A stretch of 64,000 bases of DNA, taken from Bdellovibrionales bacterium. GTDB lineage: Bacteria; Bdellovibrionota; Bdellovibrionia; Bdellovibrionales; UBA1609. The stretch covers positions 288,001 to 352,000 of the forward strand of contig OZ244719.1 of the NCBI GenBank assembly GCA_965219095.1, given 5' to 3'. A program made the position numbers and the translations under genes. Under the pieces are notes generated by a model that did no database searches, was not told the DNA's origin, and was given only the letters and a program-made list of their open reading frames with translations. Of this stretch, positions 22,741-33,885 are shown piece by piece. Numbering within the stretch: the first letter of the stretch is position 1; the number at the start of each line of letters is the position of its first letter.

Positions 22741-22940
22741 TTTTTCTTAGGTGATTAGAATATTCGTGACCGTATGCAAAAAAAATTTTTTATATTTTTT
22801 GTAAATGGAGAAGTGTTTTTTCTTGACATACTTTTTGATAGACACTCTAAAAATTTATAACAGAGTTTGATCAAAAAGCCAGGACACAATGTGTTAAAAG
22901 AATGTCGAATTAATTTTTGGAAATGGTATTATAAAATCCT

Positions 22941-24449
22941 ATGAAGTCCGTACGTCTCAGGTTTGCTCCTAGTCCTACAGGTTATTTGCATGTAGGAGGA
23001 GCGAGAACAGCTCTTTATAATTACCTTTTTTCTAAAAAGAAAAAAGGTAATTATATTCTTCGTATTGAGGATACAGATGAACAAAGAAGTTCAAAAGAGT
23101 TTTTAAAAGATCAAATGCGAGATTTGAAGTGGTTAGGGCTTTGTTGGAATGAAGGTTATGAAAAAGGCGGTAAATGGGGGCCTTATTTACAAAGTAAAAG
23201 GCGTCAACTCTATCAAAACTATGCTGATCAGTTAATTTCTGAGAAAAAAGCTTATTATTGTTTTATGACTGACGAAGATATATTAGATCAAAAAAGAAAA
23301 CAAAAAGAAAGAAAAGATATATTTCAGGCAGTCAGTCCTTACAGAAATCAAAACATTACAAAAACTGAAGCTGAAAAAAGAGGCCTTTATACGGTTCGTT
23401 TCAAAATAAAAGAAAAAAAAGAGGTTTATACTTTTTTTGACGAGATTAGAAAAGAAGTAAAGTTTCCTTCTGATATGGTAGGAGATTTTGTGTTGATACG
23501 TTCAAATGGCATGCCTGTTTATAATTTTTGTTGTGTTATCGATGATCATAAGATGGCTATAACTCATGCATTCCGTTCAGAAGAACATCTTTCTAACACT
23601 TTGAAGCAACTTATGATCTATGAAGCTTTCGGCTGGACTCCTCCTCGGTGGGTCCATCTATCTATAATTCTAGGCGACAACCGACAGAAGTTAAGCAAAA
23701 GACATGGGGCTGTAAGCTGCCATGAAATGCGTTCTAAAGGTTATCTGCCAGAAGCTTTAAACAATACTCTTGCTCTTTTAGGCTGGAGCCATCCTGAGGG
23801 AAAAGAGGTATTAGACAAAAAAGAACTTATAGAAAGTTTTTCTTTAGAACGTCTACAAGCCTCCCCCGCTGTTTTTGATCTTAATAAACTCAATTTTCTT
23901 AACAGCCAACACCTTTGGCATTCAGGTGAAAGTCAGGACAAAATTTTTACAAAAAAAATTCTTCCCTTTTTCAAAGAAATAAAGAATATAGAATTTAAAA
24001 AAATAAATCCCTCCTATTATGAAACAACCGTTAATAATAAGCCATTTGTTTTGCGATCTGAAATGTTTGTCGACACCTGCAAAGCTGTAACTCAGACTTT
24101 ACAACAAGTTTATGAGGTATTTGAAATCATAACAAAAGAGAATTTGGAACTTGATAAAAATGATGACTTAACAAAAGAAGTTTTAAGTTGGCCTGAAACT
24201 AAAAATGTCATTTACTTTTGGAAAGAAGAGCTATCAGGGTTTAACCAACAATTTTTTAGCAAAGAAAGTTTTCTAGAGGTACAAAAAAAGATTCAAAATA
24301 CATTTAAAATCAAAGGAAAAAAGCTCTTTATGCCCTTAAGATTAAGCATTTTAGGAAGACCTCAAGGTTTTGAGATTAAAGAAATTGTCCCCCTTATTGA
24401 GATTTCAAAATTAAAAGCAAAGGCTCAGTATGTCGCTCAGTATTTATAA
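22941..24449 (+). CDS. gltX: Glutamate-tRNA ligase
   Basis: RFAPSPTGYLHVGGAR, LRIEDTD, KLSKR. Confidence 0.97.
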   Translation: MKSVRLRFAPSPTGYLHVGGARTALYNYLFSKKKKGNYILRIEDTDEQRSSKEFLKDQMRDLKWLGLCWNEGYEKGGKWGPYLQSKRRQLYQNYADQLISEKKAYYCFMTDEDILDQKRKQKERKDIFQAVSPYRNQNITKTEAEKRGLYTVRFKIKEKKEVYTFFDEIRKEVKFPSDMVGDFVLIRSNGMPVYNFCCVIDDHKMAITHAFRSEEHLSNTLKQLMIYEAFGWTPPRWVHLSIILGDNRQKLSKRHGAVSCHEMRSKGYLPEALNNTLALLGWSHPEGKEVLDKKELIESFSLERLQASPAVFDLNKLNFLNSQHLWHSGESQDKIFTKKILPFFKEIKNIEFKKINPSYYETTVNNKPFVLRSEMFVDTCKAVTQTLQQVYEVFEIITKENLELDKNDDLTKEVLSWPETKNVIYFWKEELSGFNQQFFSKESFLEVQKKIQNTFKIKGKKLFMPLRLSILGRPQGFEIKEIVPLIEISKLKAKAQYVAQYL

Positions 24450-25848
24450 TAGTTTAACAAGAAAAAAAGAGTTGTTTAGGCCGGTTAAAGAAAAAAAAGT
24501 GACCATGTATGTTTGCGGACCTACTGTTTATGATTATCTTCATGTAGGTAATTTCAGAGGAAGTGTGTTTTTTAACATGGTACGTAGCTGGCTTGAAGAA
24601 CTAGGTTACAAAGTCATTTATGTGTTTAATTACACAGATGTAGATGACAAGGTCATTGAAGCATCAAAGAAAGAAAAAATAACAGCTTCAGAGGTAGCCG
24701 ATAAGTACATTAAAGCTTTTGAAGAGGATTATAAGTGCTTAGGATTAAAGCCCCATGATCATAACCCTCGCATTACAGAGTTTATGGGAGAAATCATTTC
24801 TTTTATTGAGGATTTGCTCAAACAAGATAAGGCCTATGTTGTGAAAACTGAACATGGAAAAGATGTGTTTTATGACATAAAAGCGTTTAGAAATTACGGC
24901 AGATTAAGTAATAAGAAAATTGAAGAATTAGCTAGAGGTGTACGTATTGATATAAGCGAGGGGAAGAAAAATCCTAGTGATTTTGTGTTGTGGAAATCAG
25001 CAAAACAAAATGAACCTTTTTGGGATTCTCCTTGGGGGAGAGGACGTCCTGGATGGCATATTGAGTGCTCAACTATGAGCCAAGCTCTTTTAGGTGATGA
25101 AATTGATATTCATGGTGGAGGCTTAGATCTGATCTTCCCCCATCATGAAAATGAAATTGCTCAAAGCGAAGGACGCACTCAAAAAACTTTTGTTAGGTAT
25201 TGGATGCATCATAACATGCTTGATTTAAAAGGTGAAAAAATGTCTAAATCTTTAGGAAACCTCATTAAAGGAAGGGTTTTTTTTAGAACCTATGATTCAG
25301 AAGTTTATAAATACATGATTTTATCCTCCCATTATAGAAGTGTAATTGATTTTTCAGAAAAGCAAATCCATATAGCTATTAATAGATTAGCTCGTATTTA
25401 TTCAGCTTTAAAAGAATCTAAAGAAAGCTCACATGAAAATAAGTTTGATCCTGTTTTAGAAAAAGCAGACAAAGGTTTTAAAGATGCTCTTAATGATGAT
25501 TTTAACACAGTCGAAGCTTTGGCTCGTGTTTTTGAAGTGATAAGAGAGTTTAACAAACTTCAGGACCATAAAAAAACTAAATCCTTTTACACTTGGCTTG
25601 TGAAAAAAGGGGAACTTATGTCTCTTTTTCAAAGAAAACCTCATGAGTACCTCCAATTTTTAGATAATTTTCTCTTAAAACAAAAAGAACTTTCAAGACA
25701 GAATATTGAAAAGTTAATACAAGAAAGACTTCAAGCTAGAAAAGAAAAAAACTACATTCTTTCTGACAAAATTAGAAATAAGCTTACAAATTTAGGTATT
25801 TTAGTTAAAGATCTGAAAGATACAACTGTTTGGGAGGTCAAAAAGTGA
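24430..25848 (+). CDS. cysS: Cysteine-tRNA ligase
   Basis: [29 protein letters not shown]. Confidence 0.98.
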   Translation: MSLSIYNSLTRKKELFRPVKEKKVTMYVCGPTVYDYLHVGNFRGSVFFNMVRSWLEELGYKVIYVFNYTDVDDKVIEASKKEKITASEVADKYIKAFEEDYKCLGLKPHDHNPRITEFMGEIISFIEDLLKQDKAYVVKTEHGKDVFYDIKAFRNYGRLSNKKIEELARGVRIDISEGKKNPSDFVLWKSAKQNEPFWDSPWGRGRPGWHIECSTMSQALLGDEIDIHGGGLDLIFPHHENEIAQSEGRTQKTFVRYWMHHNMLDLKGEKMSKSLGNLIKGRVFFRTYDSEVYKYMILSSHYRSVIDFSEKQIHIAINRLARIYSALKESKESSHENKFDPVLEKADKGFKDALNDDFNTVEALARVFEVIREFNKLQDHKKTKSFYTWLVKKGELMSLFQRKPHEYLQFLDNFLLKQKELSRQNIEKLIQERLQARKEKNYILSDKIRNKLTNLGILVKDLKDTTVWEVKK

Positions 25849-27848
25849 GGCCGTTTAAGATCCACTCCCCTTTTAAACCTTGTGGAGATCAACCTCAAGC
25901 CATTCAATCTTTGGTTGAAAATTTTAAGAAAAACAAGAAGAAACAAGTTTTGTTAGGGGTTACAGGTTCGGGAAAAACTTTCACTATGGCTGGAGTTATA
26001 GAGCAACTTAAAAGGCCTACTTTGATTTTAGTTCATAACAAAACTCTAGCAGGTCAGTTGTATGCTGAATTTAAATCCCTTTTTCCTGAAAATGCAGTCG
26101 AATACTTTGTGAGCTACTACGATTATTATCAACCTGAAGCTTATATTCCTTCCACTCATACTTTCATAGAAAAAGATTCTTCCATTAATGATCAGATTGA
26201 TCGTATGAGACATGCGGCAACCCGTGCTTTAATAGAAAGGGAAGATGTGATTATTGTTGCAAGTGTTTCTTGTATTTATGGCTTAGGAAGCCCTGATATT
26301 TATAAAAAGCTTGTTTTAAATGTGAAAGCTGACACACAGATGAATAGGAACCATTTTTTAAGAGATTTAGTAAAACTTCAGTACTCAAGAAATGATATAG
26401 ACTTTAAAAGAGGAACATTTAGAGTGAGGGGTGATAGTGTGGAGGTCTTCCCTCCTTCTGAAGAGGAACGTATTGTGAGAGTTGAGTTCTTTGGTGATTT
26501 TATAGAACAGATCTCATGGCTTGATTCTTTGAAAAAAATAACTTTGAAAAAAGTAGATGAGATAAGTTTTTTTCCTACCAATCATTACATAGGAACAGAG
26601 GAAATTAACAAAAGAGCTATAGAAAGCATTCGCAAAGAGCTAAGAGAGATGATTCAAAAATACAAAAGGTCTGTTGATATGCTCAAGGCTGAGAGAATTG
26701 AACAAAGGACATCCTATGATTTAGAACTTATGGGAGAGTTGGGCTTTTGTCCTGGTATTGAGAACTACTCACGACATTTTAGCGGAAGGCAAGAAGGAGC
26801 CCCTCCTCCTACTTTATTAGAGTACTTTCCTGAAGACTTTCTTTTAATCATTGATGAAAGTCATGTGAGTGTACCTCAAGTCGGAGGTATGTATAGAGGT
26901 GATAGAGCTCGAAAACTCACTCTTGTAGAACATGCTTTCCGTCTCCCTTCGGCTTTAGACAACAGACCTTTGAACTTTCAGGAGTTTGAAGATTTTTTGG
27001 ATAAAACTCTTTATGTCTCTGCTACACCAGGAGAGTATGAACTAAGAAAAAGCTCTGGTCTTATTGCAGAACAGATCAATCGTCCTACAGGGCTTCTTGA
27101 TCCTCAAGTAGAAGTAAGAAAGGCTAAATATCAGGTTGATGATCTCTTAGATGAAATTAAAAAATGCGTGTCAAAAAAACAAAGAACTTTAGTGACAACT
27201 TTAACAAAAAAAATGGCTGAAGATTTGACCCATTACTATTCCAGCATAGGAATTAAGGTTAAGTATTTACACAGTGATGTTAAAACCATTGAACGTATGG
27301 AAATTGTCAGAGATTTAAGATTAGGTGTGTTTGATGTTTTAATAGGCATCAACCTTTTAAGAGAGGGTCTTGATCTTCCTGAGGTGAGTTTGGTAGCAAT
27401 TTTAGATGCAGATAAAGAAGGTTTTTTAAGATCTCAAACTTCTTTGATCCAAACCATAGGAAGGGCTGCTCGTCATATAGAAGGAAAAGCCCTGCTTTAT
27501 GCTGACAGACAAACAAATTCTATAAAAAAAGCTATTGAAGAGACAAGAAGAAGACGGAAGATTCAAGAAGAACATAATAAAAAACATCATATCAAACCTC
27601 AAAGCATAAAATCTGAAATCAGACAAGGACTTATGGAAATTTTCACTAACACTGAAAAAGAAAAAGAGTTTTTAGAAAAAGAAGCTCAGAAGTACAAAAA
27701 AGATAGCAAAGCCCTAAAAGAAGACATCGCTAAGCTTCATGTCCAAATGAAAAAAGCTGCAGCTGAATTGAATTTCGAAGAAGCCTCTCGTTTAAGAGAT
27801 GAGATCAAAAGATGTAAGTTTTTAGAGCTTGAACTTTTAGACCATTAA
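25845..27848 (+). CDS. uvrB: Excinuclease ABC subunit B
   Basis: [26 protein letters not shown] start 25845 with GGAGG RBS. Confidence 0.98.
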   Translation: MRPFKIHSPFKPCGDQPQAIQSLVENFKKNKKKQVLLGVTGSGKTFTMAGVIEQLKRPTLILVHNKTLAGQLYAEFKSLFPENAVEYFVSYYDYYQPEAYIPSTHTFIEKDSSINDQIDRMRHAATRALIEREDVIIVASVSCIYGLGSPDIYKKLVLNVKADTQMNRNHFLRDLVKLQYSRNDIDFKRGTFRVRGDSVEVFPPSEEERIVRVEFFGDFIEQISWLDSLKKITLKKVDEISFFPTNHYIGTEEINKRAIESIRKELREMIQKYKRSVDMLKAERIEQRTSYDLELMGELGFCPGIENYSRHFSGRQEGAPPPTLLEYFPEDFLLIIDESHVSVPQVGGMYRGDRARKLTLVEHAFRLPSALDNRPLNFQEFEDFLDKTLYVSATPGEYELRKSSGLIAEQINRPTGLLDPQVEVRKAKYQVDDLLDEIKKCVSKKQRTLVTTLTKKMAEDLTHYYSSIGIKVKYLHSDVKTIERMEIVRDLRLGVFDVLIGINLLREGLDLPEVSLVAILDADKEGFLRSQTSLIQTIGRAARHIEGKALLYADRQTNSIKKAIEETRRRRKIQEEHNKKHHIKPQSIKSEIRQGLMEIFTNTEKEKEFLEKEAQKYKKDSKALKEDIAKLHVQMKKAAAELNFEEASRLRDEIKRCKFLELELLDH

Positions 27849-27857
27849 ACTTCTTTT

Positions 27858-29711
27858 ATGACAAAGCCTGAGAAAAAATCATTTTTGAAAGCTCTTAAGG
27901 AGAAATCCTTAAAATTGCCTTTAGTATCAGGGGTTTATTTTATGAAAAGCGATAATAAAATTCTTTACATTGGAAAGGCTAAAAACATCAAAAATAGAGT
28001 CCAGTCTTATTTTTCAAGTTCAAGTTTGAAAACTTCCTTTCTCCTAAAAAACACAAAGGATATTGATTATATTATAACCTCTAATGAGGCTGAGGCCTTG
28101 TTATTAGAAGCTCGTTTAATTAAAAAACATCAACCTCGTTACAATATAAGACTGAAAGATGACAAAGCTTACCCCTATATAAAAGCCTCTTTAAACCATA
28201 GTTTTCCTCGGTTTGAGTTGGCAAGGAAAGTACAGCGTAAAAAAGGTCATATGTATTATGGCCCTTACTCTAGCAGTGCTTTAGTAAGAGATCTTATAGC
28301 TTTAATAAGTCAGGTTTTCTACATCAGAGATTGTAAGGACGCTTTTATGAAAAATAGAGTCCGTCCCTGCTTAACTTATCAGATTGGTCGCTGTAAGGCT
28401 CCTTGTGTGGATTTAGTTTCAAAAGACAAGTACCATGAAGATTTCCAAAAAGCTCAAGCCCTTCTTAAGGGACAAAATAAGAAGATTCTTAAAGAGTTAG
28501 AACGAAAGATGAATGAAGCTTCTGAGGAAAAAAAGTATGAGGTGGCGGCACATTTTAGAGATCAAATTAGAGCTATTCATTCTTTATGGGAAAAACAATC
28601 TGTTGTAAGAATCAAGGATGAATCTAAAGACATAGATGTTTTTGGTTTTTATGAAGATCAAAGAGGGTTTTTGGTAGAGCTTTTGTATGTGAGGGGAGGA
28701 GGGGTTTCAGGCCATCGTTGTTATTTTTTCTCATCCACAAGGAATCGAATCGATGATAAGGAGGAGTTTTTTGTTTCCTTTTTAACACAGTATTATACAG
28801 ACAATCTTATTCCTCAAGAAATATACCTTCCTTTAAGCCTTAATACATCCATTCAAAAAACTTTAGAAGAGGTTTTAAGTTCTTTAAAGCAGTCAAGAGT
28901 TTGTATTTCAGAACTTCCTCAACACAATGAACTTATGAAAACTTGTTTTGAAAATGCTAAAAACCATTTTGATAAAAAAGTAAGTCTTTATGAAACACAG
29001 CAAAAAGCTCTTTTAGAAATACAAAGGAAATTGCATCTAGACAAAATCCCTTTTCGTATGGAGTGTTATGACATCTCCCACCTTCAAGGAAACCAGACTG
29101 TGGCAAGTTGTATTGTCTTTGAAGATGGAGATCCCAAGAAACAAGATTATCGTAAGTACAAGCTTAAAACAAAGGGAGGTGATGATTATGCCTCTATGAG
29201 AGAGGTTTTTGAAAGACGGTTTTCAAAAGAAAGTGCAGGACCTGATTTGATTTTAGTGGACGGCGGAAAAGGACAATTGTCTGTTGCTATAGAAGTTTTA
29301 AGGGAATTAGAAAAGTCTCATTTGCCCATCGTAGCTGTTGCGAAACAGAGAACTGAAAAAGCTTTTCAAAAACAAGAGATCTCTCAGAGTGAAGAAAGAT
29401 TTTTCCTACCTAATCGTAAAAACCCTGTTTTGTTTAAAACCTCCTCTTTGAGCTTTCGTATTTTAGTACAATTGAGAGATGAAGCCCACAGATTTGCTCT
29501 TAGCTTTCATAGAAATTTAAGGAAAAAAAACTACTCCATGAGTGTTTTAGATTCTGTTAAAGGTTTAGGTCCAAAAAAAAGGAGGGTTTTATTGGAAAAA
29601 TTTGGATCCATAGAGCTTTTAAAGAAAGCTTCAAAAGAAGAACTCTTAAAAGTTCCCTCATTGAATCAAAAAATAGCTCATGACATTTATGAGCTATTAA
29701 AAAACATTTGA
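27858..29711 (+). CDS. uvrC: Excinuclease ABC subunit C
   Basis: GVY..YIGKAKN GIY-YIG, ECYDISH, DGGKGQ, RDEAHRFA, HhH. Confidence 0.97.
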   Translation: MTKPEKKSFLKALKEKSLKLPLVSGVYFMKSDNKILYIGKAKNIKNRVQSYFSSSSLKTSFLLKNTKDIDYIITSNEAEALLLEARLIKKHQPRYNIRLKDDKAYPYIKASLNHSFPRFELARKVQRKKGHMYYGPYSSSALVRDLIALISQVFYIRDCKDAFMKNRVRPCLTYQIGRCKAPCVDLVSKDKYHEDFQKAQALLKGQNKKILKELERKMNEASEEKKYEVAAHFRDQIRAIHSLWEKQSVVRIKDESKDIDVFGFYEDQRGFLVELLYVRGGGVSGHRCYFFSSTRNRIDDKEEFFVSFLTQYYTDNLIPQEIYLPLSLNTSIQKTLEEVLSSLKQSRVCISELPQHNELMKTCFENAKNHFDKKVSLYETQQKALLEIQRKLHLDKIPFRMECYDISHLQGNQTVASCIVFEDGDPKKQDYRKYKLKTKGGDDYASMREVFERRFSKESAGPDLILVDGGKGQLSVAIEVLRELEKSHLPIVAVAKQRTEKAFQKQEISQSEERFFLPNRKNPVLFKTSSLSFRILVQLRDEAHRFALSFHRNLRKKNYSMSVLDSVKGLGPKKRRVLLEKFGSIELLKKASKEELLKVPSLNQKIAHDIYELLKNI

Positions 29712-29727
29712 ATTGTTTGGGGGGCGA

Positions 29728-29934
29728 TTACTGTAAAGAGTGTGAGGTTTTTTTGTTTTTCACTCCGCAGTTAGGACATGAAGCTTCTTCTTCTACATAA
29801 TTTCTCAAAAAATCACTGATATGAGTAAATATCAACTCCTTTCCGCAGAGAATGCACTTTTCTTCTTCATAAAGAGTTTTTTTCTCTAAACTTTCTTTTT
29901 CGTACATGTAAATCTCGTGTGTTTTGTCTCTCAT
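29728..29934 (-). CDS. Small zinc-ribbon protein
   Basis: CILC and CPNC; AGGAGG RBS. Confidence 0.65.
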   Translation of the reverse strand: MRDKTHEIYMYEKESLEKKTLYEEEKCILCGKELIFTHISDFLRNYVEEEASCPNCGVKNKKTSHSLQ

Positions 29935-30228
29935 ATAACAACCTCCTTCTTAAAAACTTCTTCGGTTAGAACAGAAAAGAAGTTAAAGAAAAATAGGATT
30001 TTCTAGACCTTAGATATGGAAAACTATGAAAAAAGTTGCACTAGTGAATTTCCAGCTATGGAGATGCGTCCTATACCAACACGCACCAGTCCCATCAAGC
30101 CCAGCTCTAATGACCGTTTTTGATTCGACTATCCGAGACCTTAATCCACCTTTTTTAGAAGACAGATCATCTCATGGTTTTATTCCTTGTTTATCAAGTT
30201 CTATCCGACTAACGAGCTTTTTTTGTAA

Positions 30229-31469
30229 TACCATTTCCAAAAATTAATTCGACATTTTTTTAACGCATTGCGTCCTGGCTTTTTGATAAAACTCTGTTAA
30301 ATTTTTAGAGTCATGTCGAAAAAAGATTTAGTTACACAGATTCAAGGGTATAATTTTCTAGCTACTTACAAAGTAGAAAGAAGTGCCAACATCAAGACAA
30401 AATTATTGGCTTTGCAGCATATGCAAGAAGGAAAATCGATTCAAGAAACAGCAGGTATGGTTTTGTATCACCGTCACAGTATCAAATCCTGGTTACAGTC
30501 TTTTGTAGACTTTGATTACGAGGGATTGATAGATCGAGAAGGCAGAGGACGCAAGCCTCGTTTGCCAGTGACAGAAGAGGAGAACTTCAAAATCAAGTTA
30601 GATGAAATTCAAGACAAAAGAGAGGGAGGAAGCATAGGAGCAAAGGAAATACAGAAACTTTTAGCAGATGAATTTGACTGTTGCTATTCTCTTTCTGGGG
30701 TTTATGCTCTTTTAGACCGCCTTAATATTGTATGGATCAGTGGTCGTTCTCTTCATCCTAAAAGTTCACAAGAAGCTATGGAACAGTTTAAGGAACATTT
30801 TCCAGAAGAGGTGGAGAAAATAAAGGAAAAGATTCAGACTAATAAAATAGAGATTTGGTGGCAGGATGAATGCAGAATAGGCCAGCAAGGTTCTTTGAGT
30901 AGGATTTGGGCAAGAAAAGGCACACGGCCTAGAGTTGTGAGGCAAAGACAATTTTTATCCACTTATATTTTTGGAGCAGTTTGTCCGGATAGAGATAAAG
31001 GCTGTGCTTGGATCTTACCGGAATGTAATTCAGGGATGATGCAAATTCACTTAGATGAGATATCTAAAAATATTCAAGAAAACTATCATGGAATTGTTTT
31101 AATGGACAGAGCCAGTTGGCATACCACAGAGACTTTGATAGTTCCTAAGAATTTATCCCTGATGCCTTTACCTCCTTATAGTCCAGAATTAAATCCCATG
31201 GAACAAGTCTGGCAACAATTACGAAGGATCAAATTATCGAATGCATGTTTTAAAAACTATGACCATATACTGAATACTTGTTGTGAGGCCTGGAATACTT
31301 TTTGCGATCAGGAGGGCAGGATTAAAAAATTATGCACTCGATCTTGGACAAAACAACAAGATGAATCAAGCTTGTAAATTAATTTGAACCTATAAATTAA
31401 ATTGTTTAACTGATTTTTTTCATTTTAAATTTGAACATGAAAATGTCGAATTAATTTCTGTAATTGGTA
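30229..31469 (+). mobile_element. IS630-A, intact transposase 30313-31377
   Basis: IRs TACCATTTCCAAAAATTAATTCGACAT / ATGTCGAATTAATTTCTGTAATTGGTA; WQDE, MDRASWH, LPPYSPELNPME. Confidence 0.95.
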
Positions 31470-32357
31470 TAAGGCTATGTTTTATGTAAAAGAGAAAGGG
31501 CATCCAGTGCTTCGCATTTGCGAATTATTAAGAGGATCTCGTTCTTGTTTTTATAGTTTTTTAAAAACCAGGGGAAAGCTTGAAAAGGATAAAAATCTGG
31601 AGAAAAACATAGAATCTATTTTTAAAAAAAATAAAGGCTGTTATGGTTCCCCCAGGGTGTATAGGGAATTAAAGCGTTGCGGAGTGAGTGCTGGAGAAAA
31701 CAAAGTAGCTCGAATTATGAAACTAAAGAATCTCAGTGCCCGTCAGAAAAAACCCTATGTTCCTAGAACAACAAAGAATAACCCTCTCATGATTAAGTCT
31801 CCTCGGTTGTTTAAGACAGGACAGAGCCAAGCAGGAAAAGAAAACCAGGTATGGTGTTCGGATTTAACCTATATTCCTTTTAGAGATAAATTTCTGTATT
31901 TGGTTGTATTTTTAGATGTCTATAATCGAGAGATTAAGTCTTGGAAGCTCTGTGAGAGCTTGGACGGGGTTCATTCAAAACAGGCTCTGAGAGCCGCAGT
32001 CCAATCTGTTTCTGGGAACTTAGAGGGCTTGATAATCCACTCGGATCAAGGGGTTCAATATTGTTGTGAAGGGTTTAGAAAAGAATTGAAATTCTTTGGC
32101 CTCAAGCAATCTATGTCTAGGAAAGGAAATTGTTATGATAATGCGTTTGTGGAGAGCTTTTTCCATACGTTGAAAGATGAACTGGAATACAAAGACTGTA
32201 CAACAAAGGAAGAGTTGGAGAAAAAAATTGCAATTTACATGGATTGGTATAACAAGGTAAGAATGCATTCTTCCTTGAAATACATGAGCCCAAAAGAATT
32301 TAAACAAAGGAGGGCTTTAAGAACATAAAAACTGTCCACTTTTTTGGGGGAAGATCA
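31470..32357 (+). mobile_element. IS3-family partial copy (orfB and IRR), left part lost
   Basis: Near-identical to 37820-38705. Confidence 0.92.
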
Positions 32358-33779
32358 GTACCGTCTGAAGGCAAGCAAATATGATCTCTTTTTCTCCCAC
32401 TTTGCTTGCCTTCAGACGGTACTTGTAAAGATGATGCGTCTTTCTAACATAGCTTCTTACATGAACATCAACCTCTCTTGACACGTCTTGAATCTTTAAT
32501 TCCTCCCACTCACTGTCCTTAGGATAACCATACTGCTGTGCTATATCAGAAAGTTCTTCGTCTGTGAGCTTATGATCTACTCTTATCTCTTTTAGGGCCT
32601 TCACCTCCCCTTCTTTAGGAGCAGGAACTAAACTCTCAGATTCAAGAAGAATTGTCTTTTTAAGCTTCTTTCTACTACGAGAAGATAGTTTTCTTTTTTC
32701 ACTGGATTTTCCAAATACTATTTTCTTGAACTTACTAAGTAGCTCATCATTAAAAAGCTTTAATTGATCTTCTTTGGCCTTTTTCTTCTTAAGCTCATTT
32801 AACTCTCTTTTTAAAAGATTATTTTCTTTTTTATAAAGGTGAATGAATTCATTGAAAATCAACTTTACATTTCCCAGATCTTTTTCCTCTCGAACAAACG
32901 AAGGAAGATGTTTGTATTCAGGGTTTTCGCTTTTTTTTAAATAAGGAAAAAGACTCATCTGCATACATTAATGTCAACATGTCTGTTTTTGTTTTGCAAG
33001 CTTTTTTTTAAAAAAAAATAAAAAAAAATTAAAAAAATAATCTAAAAAAATTATCTTTTCTTAAGCTCGTACTTTCTTAAAATTGAACCATGAACTAAAA
33101 GATTCAATTCACTCCTTGTTAACTCGGGAGAACTTAAATCACTTAAACTCATAAACCTTTCTTTCTCCATCCTCTTTGTTAGTAAAACAAGACCACTCCC
33201 ATCATAGAACAGCCCTTTTTATCTCCTTCTATTAAAACCTAGAAAGAGATAAAGATCTCCCAAGTTGATCTCTCCTTTCATCTCACTTCTTACCAGATAA
33301 CTTAACCTCTCAAAACTCCATCGCATGTCTATCTTTTGAGAGCAGACAAAAATACGGTAGCCTTCAGATAAAAAGATCATAAACTCCTCACTAACTCTAA
33401 AACCTCTTCCCAATCTAGACCCTTTAAGACTAAGACCTTCTCTTTCATCACATGACTTTTCCTTTTTCAAAGAGACAGCCTTAAAAAGGGACTTCTTGTG
33501 AGAAACTGTTGAAACATAAGACTTCTTCCAGTTATTGATCGTGGAAGAGGTGACCTTTGTCTCTTTACAAAATTTAGAAACCTTTCCTCTTTCAAAAAAT
33601 CTAGAATCTCTCTCTTAAGAGCTTCTGGGTAGCGGATAAGCTTCTTGTTGGAATTCTCCTCTCGACAAAGCTGTATCTTCTTTTTTAAATTAATCCCTTC
33701 TTCCATAAAATCCCTCCTCTTAAGAAAAACTTATAAGAGAAATTTAATCTTGGATAGGGCGGTCATATAACCGAGTTAC
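32358..33779 (-). mobile_element. IS66-family 5' remnant (tnpA, damaged tnpB, truncated tnpC)
   Basis: GTAACTCGGTT end; IDMRWSFERL..LYLFL TnpB motif; FGKSSEK TnpC N-terminus; cut by IS3. Confidence 0.85.
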
Positions 33780-33884
33780 ATTACAGCAGCTGACCTTCTC
33801 AATGATAGAGTGTTCCTTTTTTTTGAAGACCATGATGTGCCCCTGCTTCGTATGTTAACAGATAGGGGTACAGAGTTCTGTGGA
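33780..33884 (+). mobile_element. IS481-family transposase fragment
   Basis: Manual translation ITAADLLNDRVFLFFEDHDVPLLRMLTDRGTEFCG. Confidence 0.75.
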
Positions 33885-33885
33885 T

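Larger units (their letters stand above)
19487..22843 (+). mobile_element. IS110-family (IS1111-type) element A
   Basis: Core GAC at both junctions (19484-86, 22841-43); sub-terminal IR ATCAAAAAG (19492-500)/CTTTTTGAT (22831-39). Confidence 0.88.
18168..22928 (-). mobile_element. Degenerate IS630-A copy interrupted by IS110 (itself interrupted by IS1634)
   Basis: 18168-19486 and 22841-22928 align with the intact IS630-A at 30229-31469; frameshifts and stops present. Confidence 0.9.
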
